The notes under the pieces: model-generated | Database searches by the model: none | Told to the model about the DNA's origin: nothing | Seen by the model: only the letters and a program-made list of their open reading frames with translations | Part shown: positions 19,906-31,600 of the stretch, in pieces | Layout: every line of letters begins with the position of its first letter | Position numbering within the stretch: position 1 is the first letter of the stretch | Made by a program: the position numbers and the translations under genes | Virus record (IMG/VR): IMGVR_UViG_3300033073_001332 | Location: 1 to 64,000 of that record | DNA length: 64,000 nt | Reading direction: 5' to 3' (one strand) | Origin: a virus | Lineage: Duplodnaviria; Caudoviricetes

Positions 19906-21371
19906 AAACTATTTTAAGTGAAATAAAAAATTTTAAAAGACTGGTTAAACTTGTAGAATCAGACGACAAGGATGTAAAAGTTGTATTAATAGGTGACCAA
20001 TTAACAAATTACTTAAATAGTAACGATTTTATCAGTACCCCTAATTTGAGAGATGATGAAATGACAATAGATAAACTATTGTTACGTTTATCAAAACAAG
20101 ACAAAATGCCAGAGGTAGACCACGTATTTGTTTCTATTGGTGTAAACGACAAATTCCAAAATAAAAAAACAATACCATTCTTAGTCGATGCATTGGACAA
20201 TATTTTTCCTAACGCCGAAATTGATATCGTCAAAGGAATTGTTGGTTCAGATTATTTTTATGGTGGAGAAGAAGTTGAAGACTTCAAAGAGTTAGAAAAT
20301 GAAATTTTGGATTACTACAATAACTTTAAACAAAAAGGAATTTCTGTTTTAGGTAATTACCCATCTATTGATTATGGGTTAGGTAACTCCGAAAAAAGCA
20401 TCAGTATATTAAAAAATCAAATGTCGGATTCGTTATATCAAAATATAACAAACTACGGCGAAAGAGTTGAACCATTATCGATAGATGAACCTTTTATCTA
20501 CAAAGATAACGTAGACATTAGTGGTGACGATTCCACAGACTTTGATACCATATATGAATTTTTGGATAGGTTTGAGGAAATGGTTAAATCGGGGAATAAC
20601 TACGATTCAAGAGTTAGAAATAGTTTCAAACCGGATATCGAACAAATACAAATCGCTTTAAAATTCTTATTACCAAACTTTGATTTAGAAATAACAGGTA
20701 AGTATGATACCGATACCGAAGAGGCTATATATAAATTCCAAGAACAACAAGGAATTGAATCTACGGGTATTGCTAATCAAGAAACTTTAGAAGAAATATT
20801 ATTTGATTTAAAAGTAAAAAGTTTTGATGATAACGACTTATCAATGTTTTTAAAAGATGAATCAATTTTTAAAGATGATTTAAAAATAGATGATGTATTA
20901 ATTGATAGTGGTATAAGTGCAAAAGTAGGTTCTATACACTCACAAGACGAGTCATTCTATGAAGAAATATTAGATTGTATAGGTGCACCAAATACTGGTG
21001 AAAACAAGTTATTTTTCTATGCTTGGAGACAAGCTGAGGGAGCGAAGGCAAAATTCAATCCATTCAATACTACACAACCTTTTGGTGATGATACAAAATA
21101 TAATTCTGTGGGTGTTAGAAATTACGAAACAGAGGAAGATGGTATAAATGCTACATGTAAAACATTAAAGAATGGTCATTATCCATGTATAGTTGATGGT
21201 CTTAAATCTGATATCGGTGCTAAAAATATCGCAGAAAAATGTCTTTCTAATTTAAAAACGTGGGGTACTGGCGAGTTAGTATTTAAAGTTTTAAATGGGG
21301 GTGGAAGTGTTAACCCACCTGCTATTGAGAGAGGTGAAAAAATAAACATCATCAAAAAAATGATGAGTTAG
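19902..21371 (+). CDS. leader + peptidoglycan-binding domain + putative lysozyme-like hydrolase
   Basis: TGKYDTDTEEAIYKFQ..GIESTGIA (PG_binding_1); AWRQAEG..NPFNTT..VRNY C-terminal domain; SGNH-like N-terminal part. Confidence 0.7.
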   Translation: MKTILSEIKNFKRLVKLVESDDKDVKVVLIGDQLTNYLNSNDFISTPNLRDDEMTIDKLLLRLSKQDKMPEVDHVFVSIGVNDKFQNKKTIPFLVDALDNIFPNAEIDIVKGIVGSDYFYGGEEVEDFKELENEILDYYNNFKQKGISVLGNYPSIDYGLGNSEKSISILKNQMSDSLYQNITNYGERVEPLSIDEPFIYKDNVDISGDDSTDFDTIYEFLDRFEEMVKSGNNYDSRVRNSFKPDIEQIQIALKFLLPNFDLEITGKYDTDTEEAIYKFQEQQGIESTGIANQETLEEILFDLKVKSFDDNDLSMFLKDESIFKDDLKIDDVLIDSGISAKVGSIHSQDESFYEEILDCIGAPNTGENKLFFYAWRQAEGAKAKFNPFNTTQPFGDDTKYNSVGVRNYETEEDGINATCKTLKNGHYPCIVDGLKSDIGAKNIAEKCLSNLKTWGTGELVFKVLNGGGSVNPPAIERGEKINIIKKMMS

Positions 21372-21384
21372 TTATTGTTGTATA

Positions 21385-21729
21385 ATGAAAAACTTGAATG
21401 AAGATATCTACAGAATTAGACAACTTATGACTATTATAGAAAATAGTGAAAGCGATAACTATGAAAAAAATTTAGATGAGGAAATTGAGGTAAATGAAGA
21501 AGGTGAGGAAACTACTGACACAACAACAGATACGACTACAGATACCTCATCAGAAACAGGTTCTTCTATGACGCCATGGGAAAGTGGTGTTGCTAGAGGA
21601 CCAGGAAACCCAATTACAAGTGCGAAACGTGAAGATAAAACCACAAGAGGTAAAGGGAACCCAATAGGTGCAACTAAATGGGCATCAGGAAGAACTATGG
21701 GACCTACCGGTAAAAACTATAAAGTGTGA
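21385..21729 (+). CDS. small protein with LNEDIYRIRQLM leader and RG(P/K)GNPI repeats
   Basis: Leader; WESGVARGPGNPI, TRGKGNPI and WASG repeats. Confidence 0.75.
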   Translation: MKNLNEDIYRIRQLMTIIENSESDNYEKNLDEEIEVNEEGEETTDTTTDTTTDTSSETGSSMTPWESGVARGPGNPITSAKREDKTTRGKGNPIGATKWASGRTMGPTGKNYKV

Positions 21730-23615
21730 TGGAAAAATTAATAACAGAACAGATTTTAAAACAACTTAGACTTATAAAATATGATAGGTCTAAAAGTTTA
21801 TTAGAACAATCTGAAATTCCAAGTGACTATTTAGGTGATACAGGTAGTTTTGAAAAACAAATACAAAAAAAAGAATTACCTAAAACAGGTAAAGAATCAC
21901 TAGAAGATAAAACTATGGGTCGTTACATAGAAAAAGGTGAATTTGAAAAGAGACTATGCGACACACCTTCAATTTTAATGTGGGACACAGATGATGAAAA
22001 ATATTATTACCATAAACCATCTGAATTTTGTAAATCTTTTGGTGGTACTGAATTAATTTACGTTGATACAAATTATTTGTTGTCTCCTGTCAACATGGCA
22101 GAACCGAGATATCGTTGTGCGTGTAAACAAAACGGAGAAATTTTAGTACCTACACCTGATGGTGGAAAAACAATGAAGGTTAATAATTTTATCATAAGTA
22201 ATGAAAGTGTGGGTGGTAAAACAGGAACAGCGATTTACGATTGGTTTCATGATATGCATAATTTCCTTATGGTTGGGTCACTTACTTTAACTTTGTTTGG
22301 TGGACCAGTTGGTGCTGCACTTGCAATAGGTTTGGATATTGCGGATTCTGCTTTATACCTTGAGGAGGGTGACCCGTGGATGGCTGGGTTAATGTTTATG
22401 ATGGCAGTTGTTCCATTTGGTAAACTAATGAAGTTGGTTGGTGGTAAGTCGTGGGCCAAAGGACTTACAAAAGAAATATATGAAAAAATATTAAAAAAAT
22501 TAAAATTAAAAAAAGAATTAACTGAGGCTGAAAAAAATATTGTAGAAGCACTATCTAAGGCTGAGTTGAGAAACAAGGCTTTTTGGAGGTTAATTAAAGG
22601 AAAATTGAATGTGGCTATAAAAAAATATGATATATTTTACTTTGTTAGGGCAATTATTTACTTAGTAGATAAAGGTCTTTTACTTTCATCGTTTCTAATA
22701 AAATTTGGTCTTGTAATTGCTGGTGTTTGGTGGTCGTGGAGTCAACTAGCGGATATTTTAGGTATCACAAAAGGAGATGATGATATCATAAAAAAACAGA
22801 TGAGTGAATCTGAAATGTTAAAATTATCTTTAATAAATTTAGTTCAAACGGCAATAAATAAAAATTTTGTTTATAGTGAAAAATATAAAGATGTAAATCA
22901 ACCAATAGTCGGTTTATTTCAAATATTATTACAAGGATATGGAAACGAACCTCACATCGTTAAAGGAGAATCCTCATCTAATAATATGATAAATTTATAT
23001 AATACTTCAAAAATAAAAGAAATAAAAGCATACAACGTAGCAGGAAAAGAAGTTGCTAAAGTATTGAATAATGATAAAAAAAATAATTTATCACTAAAAT
23101 TACCAAGTAAAGGGGTTTATATATTCATGTCAAATTATTTTGATGGTAGTAAAGGTAAGGGTAAATTTATTTTTGACCCGGCTTCAAAAGGAATTTACTC
23201 TAAATTTGAAATCATTAGTGATTCACTTGAAAAGAATTTCAAGTGGGGTTATTATACACCTAAAACAACCTCAGCTGTTAGTGAATTTCAAAAAGAAAAA
23301 AATCTACCTTCTGATGGTGTGATAGGTAGTGAGACCATGAAAAAACTTTTATTGACTTTAAGAAATAAAAACGCAGATACCTTATTGAAGGAGTTAACAT
23401 TATGGGGTATAGATTTTTCTAACTTATCTGAAACTAAGATTATTGAAAAAGTACCAACAAAGGAGGAAATAATGTCTGCATATGAAAAACAAAAAACCCA
23501 AGTATCAGATTCACTGAATGTTGCGTATGAAATGAAGTATATAAAAATAAAAGAAAAGGCCGATTCGTTGTCTGCTATCGGGGAGGGTTTAAGTATTATT
23601 ATACCTGAAAAATAA
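21729..23615 (+). CDS. leader + hydrophobic segments + peptidoglycan-binding domain protein
   Basis: Hydrophobic FGGPVGAALAIG..MAVVPFG region; WGYYTPKTTSAVSEFQKEKNLPSDGVIG PG_binding_1 motif. Confidence 0.75.
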   Translation: MEKLITEQILKQLRLIKYDRSKSLLEQSEIPSDYLGDTGSFEKQIQKKELPKTGKESLEDKTMGRYIEKGEFEKRLCDTPSILMWDTDDEKYYYHKPSEFCKSFGGTELIYVDTNYLLSPVNMAEPRYRCACKQNGEILVPTPDGGKTMKVNNFIISNESVGGKTGTAIYDWFHDMHNFLMVGSLTLTLFGGPVGAALAIGLDIADSALYLEEGDPWMAGLMFMMAVVPFGKLMKLVGGKSWAKGLTKEIYEKILKKLKLKKELTEAEKNIVEALSKAELRNKAFWRLIKGKLNVAIKKYDIFYFVRAIIYLVDKGLLLSSFLIKFGLVIAGVWWSWSQLADILGITKGDDDIIKKQMSESEMLKLSLINLVQTAINKNFVYSEKYKDVNQPIVGLFQILLQGYGNEPHIVKGESSSNNMINLYNTSKIKEIKAYNVAGKEVAKVLNNDKKNNLSLKLPSKGVYIFMSNYFDGSKGKGKFIFDPASKGIYSKFEIISDSLEKNFKWGYYTPKTTSAVSEFQKEKNLPSDGVIGSETMKKLLLTLRNKNADTLLKELTLWGIDFSNLSETKIIEKVPTKEEIMSAYEKQKTQVSDSLNVAYEMKYIKIKEKADSLSAIGEGLSIIIPEK

Positions 23616-23635
23616 ATTGATATATTTATTATATT

Positions 23636-26600
23636 ATGAATATAATATTAGAAGAACATTTAAGGATTTTAGAAATCATGGGGATAGACTCCAATTATAA
23701 ATCACTTATAATGGAGGGGGAAATTCCACCTGAATTAGCTAAAAAACTTGGGAAATTTTTAGAGGAAGTTTTAGAAAAGGAAGGTGACGAAGCTTCCGAA
23801 GGGATAATAAGAGCCGTGAAAGACTCAGGTGAAGAATTAAGTGCAGCAGAAATAAAATTTCTAAGAGATAATGTTGATGAAATCGTTAAGGCTGCTAAAA
23901 ATTTAAAAGACCCTGCAACTAGTGTAATATATAAAGATTTTTTGAAAATTGCAACTAAAATTTCAAAATCAGAAATGGATAGTTTGGTTAATAAAGCAAT
24001 TAATAACTTTATTGAAAAAAACCCAACGATAGATGATGTTATAACAACAACAACTCAAAATATTGAAGAGTTGGCGAGAAAATATATGAACGGTGAGCCA
24101 ATTGATGAGGCTATTGAAGAGTATATTAATAATGGAGGAACGTTTAGAAAATTATATGAAAGTACCCTTAAAGGTAATGGAGTAACTGATGATTTATTAG
24201 AACATTATTTAGGTAAATTTGATAACGAATCAGATGCATTTGCTCAACAATCTAAAAACGCTGACGATTATTTAAAAGACCCCACAGGAAAACAAAAAAG
24301 AGCAATTGAGGAATTAACATCAAAAAATTTACCTAGCGTTGGTTTTTGGACTAAATGGGTTTCAACTGAATGGCCTACAATATATGATATTTTTAAATCA
24401 AAATTTGGTTTTGCATCATCAGAGGTTGCGGAAAAAGAAGTTGAGAAAATTGTTGACGACCTTTATAAAAAAATTAACGTAAAAAAAGAGATTCAACCTG
24501 ACGAAGCTTTTAATGTTATTAAGGAATTGAAAGCCCAAATAAAACAAGCCGAAAACTTCAGTAGAGATAAAACTGCTAAAATGGTTTGGGATGAAGTTAC
24601 TGCGGAACTTAACAAAACACCCGAAGGTAAGGCTTACATCAAATATATTGAAGATTATAGTCATGGTGACTCATTTGAATCGATTGGTTATTTTATAGAC
24701 CAAACTCAAAAAGTTTTCGATGACCCTGGATTTTTTAAGAAAATAAAAAATTCAAATTCTGAAAGATTAAGAAATGAGGTTAAAGATGTTAAGAAAAAAT
24801 ATGGTGATTTTGGTGAAGGGTTTAAAAAATCAGAATCAACTTTTCTTTTTGGTAAACGTAAAGTGGCTCTTTTTGTTTGGAATTTAATAAGAGGTATCGG
24901 TTATAGTATTTTTAATAGTAGAATTATGAATTTTCTTCTTTTTGAAAATGCTAGATTTTTAAGAGAAATACTTCAATCATTAAGAAAAGGTGGATTAAGA
25001 GATAAAAGACTTTACGTTAATATCATAAGAACTTGGTTCTCTATGGTAGTAACAAAATATATTTTTGGTGCTTTTGCTGTTGCCGTAACTCAATTAATTA
25101 ATGAGGTTAAAGAAACATTTGGATACAGTGTAGAACCCGAATACTCAAAAAATGGTTGGGTTGAATTAGGTAACCAATTATTAGAACAATTAACTATAGG
25201 TTTAAATCAAGGAGTTGATGTATTCTTTGAAAAAGTAGGTTGGCAACTATTACCGATAGGTAAAGGTCCTTTATTAGAATTATTTATCGATGTGTTATAT
25301 TCCCTAACAGGATGGCAAACAGGTGAAAAAGAAAAAGTGGAAACAGAAGTCGAAAGATATGAAAGAGAATTAAAAGAAATGACTGAAAAATACTCAGAAA
25401 ATGCGGCTAAGGTAATAGAAAAAAATAAAAATTTAGATGCTACTGATATGCAGGCTCTCCTTACTTTTAAAACAAGTATAATTAAACCTGTATACAATTT
25501 AACAACTAAACAAAAAAGTGTCCTTGAAGGTTTAGTATATAGAAACGCAGATAAAGATAATTTTGAAATTATTAACCCAAAAACCAATAATTTATACACG
25601 ATTACTCTAACAAGAGATGAGTCAAAAAAGAAAGACGGACCGGTTTATTTACAAACTTATGGGTGGAATGACAATGGGGAAATAAAGTCACTAAAAGAAC
25701 TAATGGATAACAATTTCAAATTTGTAGATAGTAAAGGTAAAGATTTAGATTTCTTATCAAAATTAGAAAATTCATTAGATGGTACTAATGAAAGTTATAG
25801 AAATGTAAAAAATATGATTATGGAAGATAATGGAAAAAAATTCGGAGAAGATAACTTCAAACATTGGAATGATACATTTGTGTTCAAAACTGAAGATAAA
25901 AAGAATCCGGGACAATACAAAGAAGTTAAAATTAATGTGGAAGATGTAATGGATAGAATTGACCATTACAGAAAAAAATATGATGAGGATGATGCCTTTG
26001 TTCGTGCAGTTGTGGATACCCATGATGATGTTATAAAAATTATGTATACGAAAGGTTTGGCTGACATTCATGAGTCAGCAACACCAAGAGGGTTAGCATT
26101 AGTATTAAGAACTATAAATGAGTCAAGAGGAGAAATGGAAATTTTCTCAGTTGCTAGACCTGCGAACGGAAATTGGTTTTTAGTAAAAGGTGATTTCACA
26201 CAATCACAATTAGCTAACATGGATTTAGAAAAAAAAGAACCTAAAGACAAAGAAGAAGAAACTGAAGTTAGTGGTTCAGAAGAGTTAAAAAAAAAAGAAA
26301 AAACGGCAATAGAAACTCTTAAAGTTAATGAAAGAGAAGGGTTGGACGGATTACCAAAAAAAATAAGACAAAAGGTTTTAGAAAAAATGGGTAAAGGTTG
26401 GACAACTGAATCCTTACCTGAATTTCTAAAAAAAATAGCAACAAAAAGTGAAATCAATTCTATCTTCAACGATAAAATAGAAATTTACAAACTACAACCA
26501 ACTGAAGAAATTTTTAACTCTATTGTTGATAACTCGTCACGCGTCTTCATCAAAAGAGGATTTTGTAGAAGTTTATATGTTGCGGCAGATAATGCAAATT

Positions 26601-26689
26601 TAAATGAAAAACAAGAAAAAGTGATAGACCATATTTTAAATAAATGTGACACAAAATTTGCAGGTAAACTAGGAGTTAGAAATTTTTAA
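23636..26689 (+). CDS. large helical leader-bearing protein with hydrophobic segments
   Basis: ILEEHLRILEIMG leader; TATTTATT at 23623. Confidence 0.75.
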   Translation: MNIILEEHLRILEIMGIDSNYKSLIMEGEIPPELAKKLGKFLEEVLEKEGDEASEGIIRAVKDSGEELSAAEIKFLRDNVDEIVKAAKNLKDPATSVIYKDFLKIATKISKSEMDSLVNKAINNFIEKNPTIDDVITTTTQNIEELARKYMNGEPIDEAIEEYINNGGTFRKLYESTLKGNGVTDDLLEHYLGKFDNESDAFAQQSKNADDYLKDPTGKQKRAIEELTSKNLPSVGFWTKWVSTEWPTIYDIFKSKFGFASSEVAEKEVEKIVDDLYKKINVKKEIQPDEAFNVIKELKAQIKQAENFSRDKTAKMVWDEVTAELNKTPEGKAYIKYIEDYSHGDSFESIGYFIDQTQKVFDDPGFFKKIKNSNSERLRNEVKDVKKKYGDFGEGFKKSESTFLFGKRKVALFVWNLIRGIGYSIFNSRIMNFLLFENARFLREILQSLRKGGLRDKRLYVNIIRTWFSMVVTKYIFGAFAVAVTQLINEVKETFGYSVEPEYSKNGWVELGNQLLEQLTIGLNQGVDVFFEKVGWQLLPIGKGPLLELFIDVLYSLTGWQTGEKEKVETEVERYERELKEMTEKYSENAAKVIEKNKNLDATDMQALLTFKTSIIKPVYNLTTKQKSVLEGLVYRNADKDNFEIINPKTNNLYTITLTRDESKKKDGPVYLQTYGWNDNGEIKSLKELMDNNFKFVDSKGKDLDFLSKLENSLDGTNESYRNVKNMIMEDNGKKFGEDNFKHWNDTFVFKTEDKKNPGQYKEVKINVEDVMDRIDHYRKKYDEDDAFVRAVVDTHDDVIKIMYTKGLADIHESATPRGLALVLRTINESRGEMEIFSVARPANGNWFLVKGDFTQSQLANMDLEKKEPKDKEEETEVSGSEELKKKEKTAIETLKVNEREGLDGLPKKIRQKVLEKMGKGWTTESLPEFLKKIATKSEINSIFNDKIEIYKLQPTEEIFNSIVDNSSRVFIKRGFCRSLYVAADNANLNEKQEKVIDHILNKCDTKFAGKLGVRNF

Positions 26690-26690
26690 T

Positions 26691-28121
26691 ATGTTAAGAA
26701 AACTAAAAATTACAGAATCTGAAAGAAAAGAAATTTTATCAATCTTCAATGAAATATTAAATGAGGAAGATGATAAGGGTACGCCGATACCTTGCACTAT
26801 TGTGGATGTTTCGGTTGTTGATGAAAGTGGAAACGCGGTTCCTAATGTAAAATTAAAATTTTATTTAAATAATGAGTTAATTGATATTAAAAACGGAAGA
26901 GTCCCTAAGACTGATGAAAACGGACAATTTAATAATTTTGCTGTCGATTATGATGAAGGTACATTTTTAAGTTTTGATAAAAATAGACTTAGAACGTTAG
27001 AAAAAGAATATTATAGAAATTGTGGTAATAAAAAAACAATCAAAATAGAAACTTCTTACTTAAAAAATAAAAATACAACGGAGCATGAAGTTTGTTTTAA
27101 TAACGGATATCTTTATAATAGTGACCCTGAAAAACTTTTCAGACATCAAACAGCTTTAAACACCAACAAAATTGAAATCACTATTAAGGTTCCTGTTGAA
27201 CCAGAAAAACCTTTAACTCAAAGAGCTTGTTTGAAACTAACCAATAAACATTATAGAGATATGGGTAATGTTGATTCTGGAAATATCACAATATCGGAAT
27301 TAGGAGGTGTTGATGCAATTAAACAAAATGCTGAAGCTGTAAAAAATTGTTATTTAACATATAGAAAAGATTACCCCGATAGGGAACAAAAAATTATTAA
27401 TAGATTATTAAATACTCGTGCAGATTTAGATTTTTTTGAAATCAAATTAACTAAACAACAAGTCAAAGATATTTATGGTGAAAGTAAGAGTATGTCACTA
27501 AACAACACAATCAGAAAAGTGATTTCAGAATCCGCCGAAAGAAAAAATCTATTATCAGAAGAAAAAAAATTAGTTGAGAATAGATTATTATTTTCACTAA
27601 ACGGTGTTAGAAAAAATAATATCAACGAAGCTAAAACTAAATTAAAAAACGAAAGGGTTAAACTTATTCGTTTTGGTTATGACAAAAATATCGTTAATGA
27701 GTCATTTTTGGACGTAATGAAAGGACTTTATGGGAATGATGGAACGGATGTATTAACCGACATTAAAACTCGTTTAGGTCAAAGAATTGCTGACCAAGTA
27801 AAAAACAAACAAGAAGAACATGAGATGATTTTATCAGCTTTTAATGATTTACCAACAGAAATGATTGAAAGAGCGATTAAAGAAAATCGTGTTGATGAGT
27901 TAAGTAATGAAATTGCAACAAAGGCTTTAGAAAATTATAAAACACAATTTGGAACAGAAGGTTTATCAGGAATTATGATTGCAAGTGTTGATGAAAATAA
28001 ATTCAAACAAGAGGTTTCAAAATTAATTGAACCAGCAATCAAAGATATCACCACTAAAATGGACGAGAAATTAAAACAAGTCCAAGATGCCGTTAGTGGT
28101 GGGTTAAATCCAACGGCTTAA
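26691..28121 (+). CDS. leader-bearing protein with a beta-sandwich (CarboxypepD_reg-like) segment
   Basis: KITESERKEIL leader; VVDESGNAVPNVKL..KTDENGQF. Confidence 0.7.
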   Translation: MLRKLKITESERKEILSIFNEILNEEDDKGTPIPCTIVDVSVVDESGNAVPNVKLKFYLNNELIDIKNGRVPKTDENGQFNNFAVDYDEGTFLSFDKNRLRTLEKEYYRNCGNKKTIKIETSYLKNKNTTEHEVCFNNGYLYNSDPEKLFRHQTALNTNKIEITIKVPVEPEKPLTQRACLKLTNKHYRDMGNVDSGNITISELGGVDAIKQNAEAVKNCYLTYRKDYPDREQKIINRLLNTRADLDFFEIKLTKQQVKDIYGESKSMSLNNTIRKVISESAERKNLLSEEKKLVENRLLFSLNGVRKNNINEAKTKLKNERVKLIRFGYDKNIVNESFLDVMKGLYGNDGTDVLTDIKTRLGQRIADQVKNKQEEHEMILSAFNDLPTEMIERAIKENRVDELSNEIATKALENYKTQFGTEGLSGIMIASVDENKFKQEVSKLIEPAIKDITTKMDEKLKQVQDAVSGGLNPTA

Positions 28122-28189
28122 ATTTGGAATCAAGAGGTAGAACTCTTTATTCATAAACTTTTCAAAGAAAAGGGGGTGTTCACGTATCT

Positions 28190-28222
28190 AAGAAAGGTGT
28201 CCGTTTGGACACCTTTTCTTTT
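28190..28222 (+). terminator. intrinsic terminator
   Basis: AAAGGTGTCC-GTTT-GGACACCTTT hairpin plus T-run. Confidence 0.75.
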
Positions 28223-28240
28223 ATAAAAGTATTTATAGAT

Positions 28241-28594
28241 ATGGAATTCTATATACGAAAAAAGGCAACTCTTCCCTTATTAGAAATCAATCTAAATAAA
28301 GACGGGAAATTAGATTATAACTATCAAAAAACATCTTTAACAGGAGCGACAATAACCGTATCAATGAAAGATGTTGAGACGGGTATATATAAAATCACAA
28401 ACGGTGTTTGTACGTTTGATTCGACAAATTTTACGATTATTTATCAGTTTACAAAAAGAAACACAACTTATACAGGAAGGTATGAAGTTGAGTTCAAAGT
28501 AACAAACGAACAAGGAACTATATTATTACCATTAAGGGATAAAATTTTTGTCACGGTATTAGACTCCATAGTAGAAAGTGAATTTTGTTGTTAA
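28241..28594 (+). CDS. BppU-N-like structural/baseplate-associated protein
   Basis: FYIRKKATLP..YQF....T..TGRYEVEF..LP pattern; TATTTATA at 28230. Confidence 0.6.
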   Translation: MEFYIRKKATLPLLEINLNKDGKLDYNYQKTSLTGATITVSMKDVETGIYKITNGVCTFDSTNFTIIYQFTKRNTTYTGRYEVEFKVTNEQGTILLPLRDKIFVTVLDSIVESEFCC

Positions 28595-28661
28595 TCACAA
28601 CTTTTACATTCAATTCACACCAACTTTCTAAATCAATCAATATTTATTTAAAAAATGTTTA

Positions 28662-31600
28662 ATGGCGAATAAGAGGATATCCGAATTACCATACTTACCC
28701 AAGTCAGGGATTACATCAGGAGATTTAGTACCACTTGTAACTTACTACTCAGCAGTTACAGGTGATACCGTACATACGTACATGTCTGACTTACAGGATT
28801 ATCTTCTTACAGGTGTATCTTTTTCTGATGTATATGTAACAGGAGGAACATATAATAAAACAACAGGAGTACAAACATTTACAAATTCAACAGGAGGTAC
28901 TTTTACCGTCACAGGTATTACTGATTTTTATGTGACAGGGGGTACTTACACATCAGGTAGTAGTACATTAAATTTATTTTTAAATGGTGGAAACTCTGTA
29001 AGTATTACAGGTTTAACAACGTCAATAGGGTCCGCAGGAACAAGTGGTACAAATGGTACTTCAGGGACTGACGGGACTTCAGGTATAAATGGAACGAGCG
29101 GTACCAATGGTACTTCAGGGACAAACGGCACATCAGGTACAAACGGTACTAATGGTTCTTCTGGAAGTAGCGGAAGTTCAGGTACATCAGGAACTAGCGG
29201 TTCTAGTGGGTCTTCAGGTGCGGACGGAACTAGTGGTACAAATGGTACATCAGGAACAAACGGAACGTCAGGAACAAACGGAACTGACGGTACAAGTGGA
29301 ACAAACGGGACTGATGGTACAAGTGGAACTTCGGGTTCTTCTGGAACTAGCGGTAGTTCAGGCTCATCAGGTTTAAGCGGAACTTCAGGTTCTTCAGGTA
29401 TTAACGGAACGTCAGGTACTAGCGGGTCTTCAGGTTCTAGTGGAACTTCAGGAAGTAGCGGTAGCTCAGGCTCCAGTGGTTCTTCAGGAACATCAGGGAG
29501 TAGTGGTTCTTCAGGAACATCAGGTTCAAGTGGAATAAATGGTACATCAGGTTCGAGTGGGTCCTCAGGCTCTTCAGGTTCAAGCGGTTCTTCAGGTATT
29601 TCAGGAACATCTGGCTCTTCAGGTACGAGTGGTTTATCAGGTGTAAACGGAACGAGTGGTACATCAGGTTCTAGTGGTTTAAATGGTACTTCAGGTACTA
29701 ATGGAACTTCAGGTAGTTCAGGTTCTTCTGGTTCAAGCGGTTCATCAGGTTCAAGTGGTAGTTCAGGAATTAGTGGTACATCAGGTAGTTCAGGAACTAG
29801 TGGTTCATCAGGTTCTTCGGGGTCTAGCGGCTCTTCAGGGACTTCAGGAAGTAGTGGTAGTTCAGGATTATCAGGTAGTTCAGGTTCATCAGGTTCAAGT
29901 GGGACTTCAGGTTCTTCAGGTATTAACGGAACATCAGGAAGTTCAGGTAGCTCAGGTTCAAGTGGTTCTTCAGGCACTAGCGGTAGTTCAGGCTCAAGTG
30001 GTACTTCAGGTAGTTCTGGTTCTAGCGGAATTAATGGAACTTCAGGAACAAGTGGTTCTTCAGGAACAAGCGGGTCTAGTGGTTCTTCAGGAACTTCAGG
30101 GAGCAGTGGGAGTTCAGGTAGCTCAGGTTCAAGTGGAACATCTGGTTCAAGTGGTTCTTCAGGTATTAACGGAACAAGTGGAACAAGTGGTTCTTCAGGT
30201 TTAAGTGGCACTAGTGGCTCATCGGGGTCAAGCGGAACAAGCGGGTCTTCAGGTTCATCAGGTTCATCAGGAACAAGCGGTAGTTCAGGTTTGAATGGTA
30301 CTTCAGGAACAAGTGGAAGTAGTGGTAGTTCAGGTTCATCTGGTTTGAGTGGTACTTCAGGTTCAAGTGGAACTTCAGGAACAAGTGGCTCTTCAGGTTC
30401 TAGCGGTTCCTCAGGTTCTAGCGGAACAAGCGGTTCCTCAGGTTCTAGTGGGACTTCAGGTTCTTCAGGTTTAAGTGGGACTTCAGGTAGTTCAGGTTCT
30501 AGCGGTAGTTCAGGTTCAAGTGGTAGTAGTGGTACTAGTGGAAGTTCAGGTTCAAGTGGTATAAATGGAACATCAGGTTCAAGTGGTTTATCCGGTACAT
30601 CAGGTTCGAGTGGAACTAGTGGTGTAAGTGGTGCATCGGGAACATCAGGAACTAACGGTACAAATGGTACAAGTGGTTCTTCAGGTTCTAGTGGGTTATC
30701 AGGTACATCAGGAAGTTCAGGCTCATCAGGTACAAGTGGTTCGTCTGGTAGTAGTGGCTCATCAGGGTTGAGCGGTACTAATGGTACATCAGGAACAAAC
30801 GGTACAAATGGTACTAGCGGAACAAATGGTACTTCAGGAACAAATGGTACGAGTGGAACAAATGGGTCAAGCGGAACTAGCGGAACAAATGGTACTTCAG
30901 GAACAAATGGAACGTCAGGCACAAATGGTACAAGTGGTTCTTCAGGTTCAAGCGGTTCTTCAGGTTCAAGCGGAACAAGCGGTTCTTCAGGTTCAAGCGG
31001 AACAAGCGGTTCTTCAGGTTCAAGTGGTTCGTCAGGAACAAGCGGTTCTTCAGGTTCAAGCGGTTCTTCAGGTAGTTCAGGTTCTTCAGGTATAAACGGA
31101 ACATCAGGCACAAACGGTACTAGTGGTTCTTCAGGAACTAGTGGGACAAATGGTACTTCAGGTACAAACGGAACATCAGGTACTAACGGTACTAGTGGGA
31201 CAAACGGAACAAGCGGTTCTTCAGGGTCTAGCGGCTCTTCAGGAACTAGCGGGACAAATGGTACTTCAGGTACAAACGGAACATCAGGAACTAACGGAAC
31301 ATCAGGTACAAATGGAACTAATGGTACGTCAGGTACAAATGGAACGTCAGGTACAAACGGAACATCAGGTTCTAGTGGTTCTTCAGGATTAAATGGAACT
31401 TCAGGTTCTTCAGGTTCTTCAGGTAGTTCAGGTTCAAGCGGAACAAGTGGTTCGTCAGGTTCAAGTGGATTAAGCGGAACTTCAGGTTCAAGCGGAACAA
31501 GCGGTTCTTCAGGTTCAAGTGGTACATCAGGTACTAGCGGTTCAAATGGGACATCGGGTACAAATGGAACTTCAGGAACAAGCGGTTCTTCAGGTTCAAG

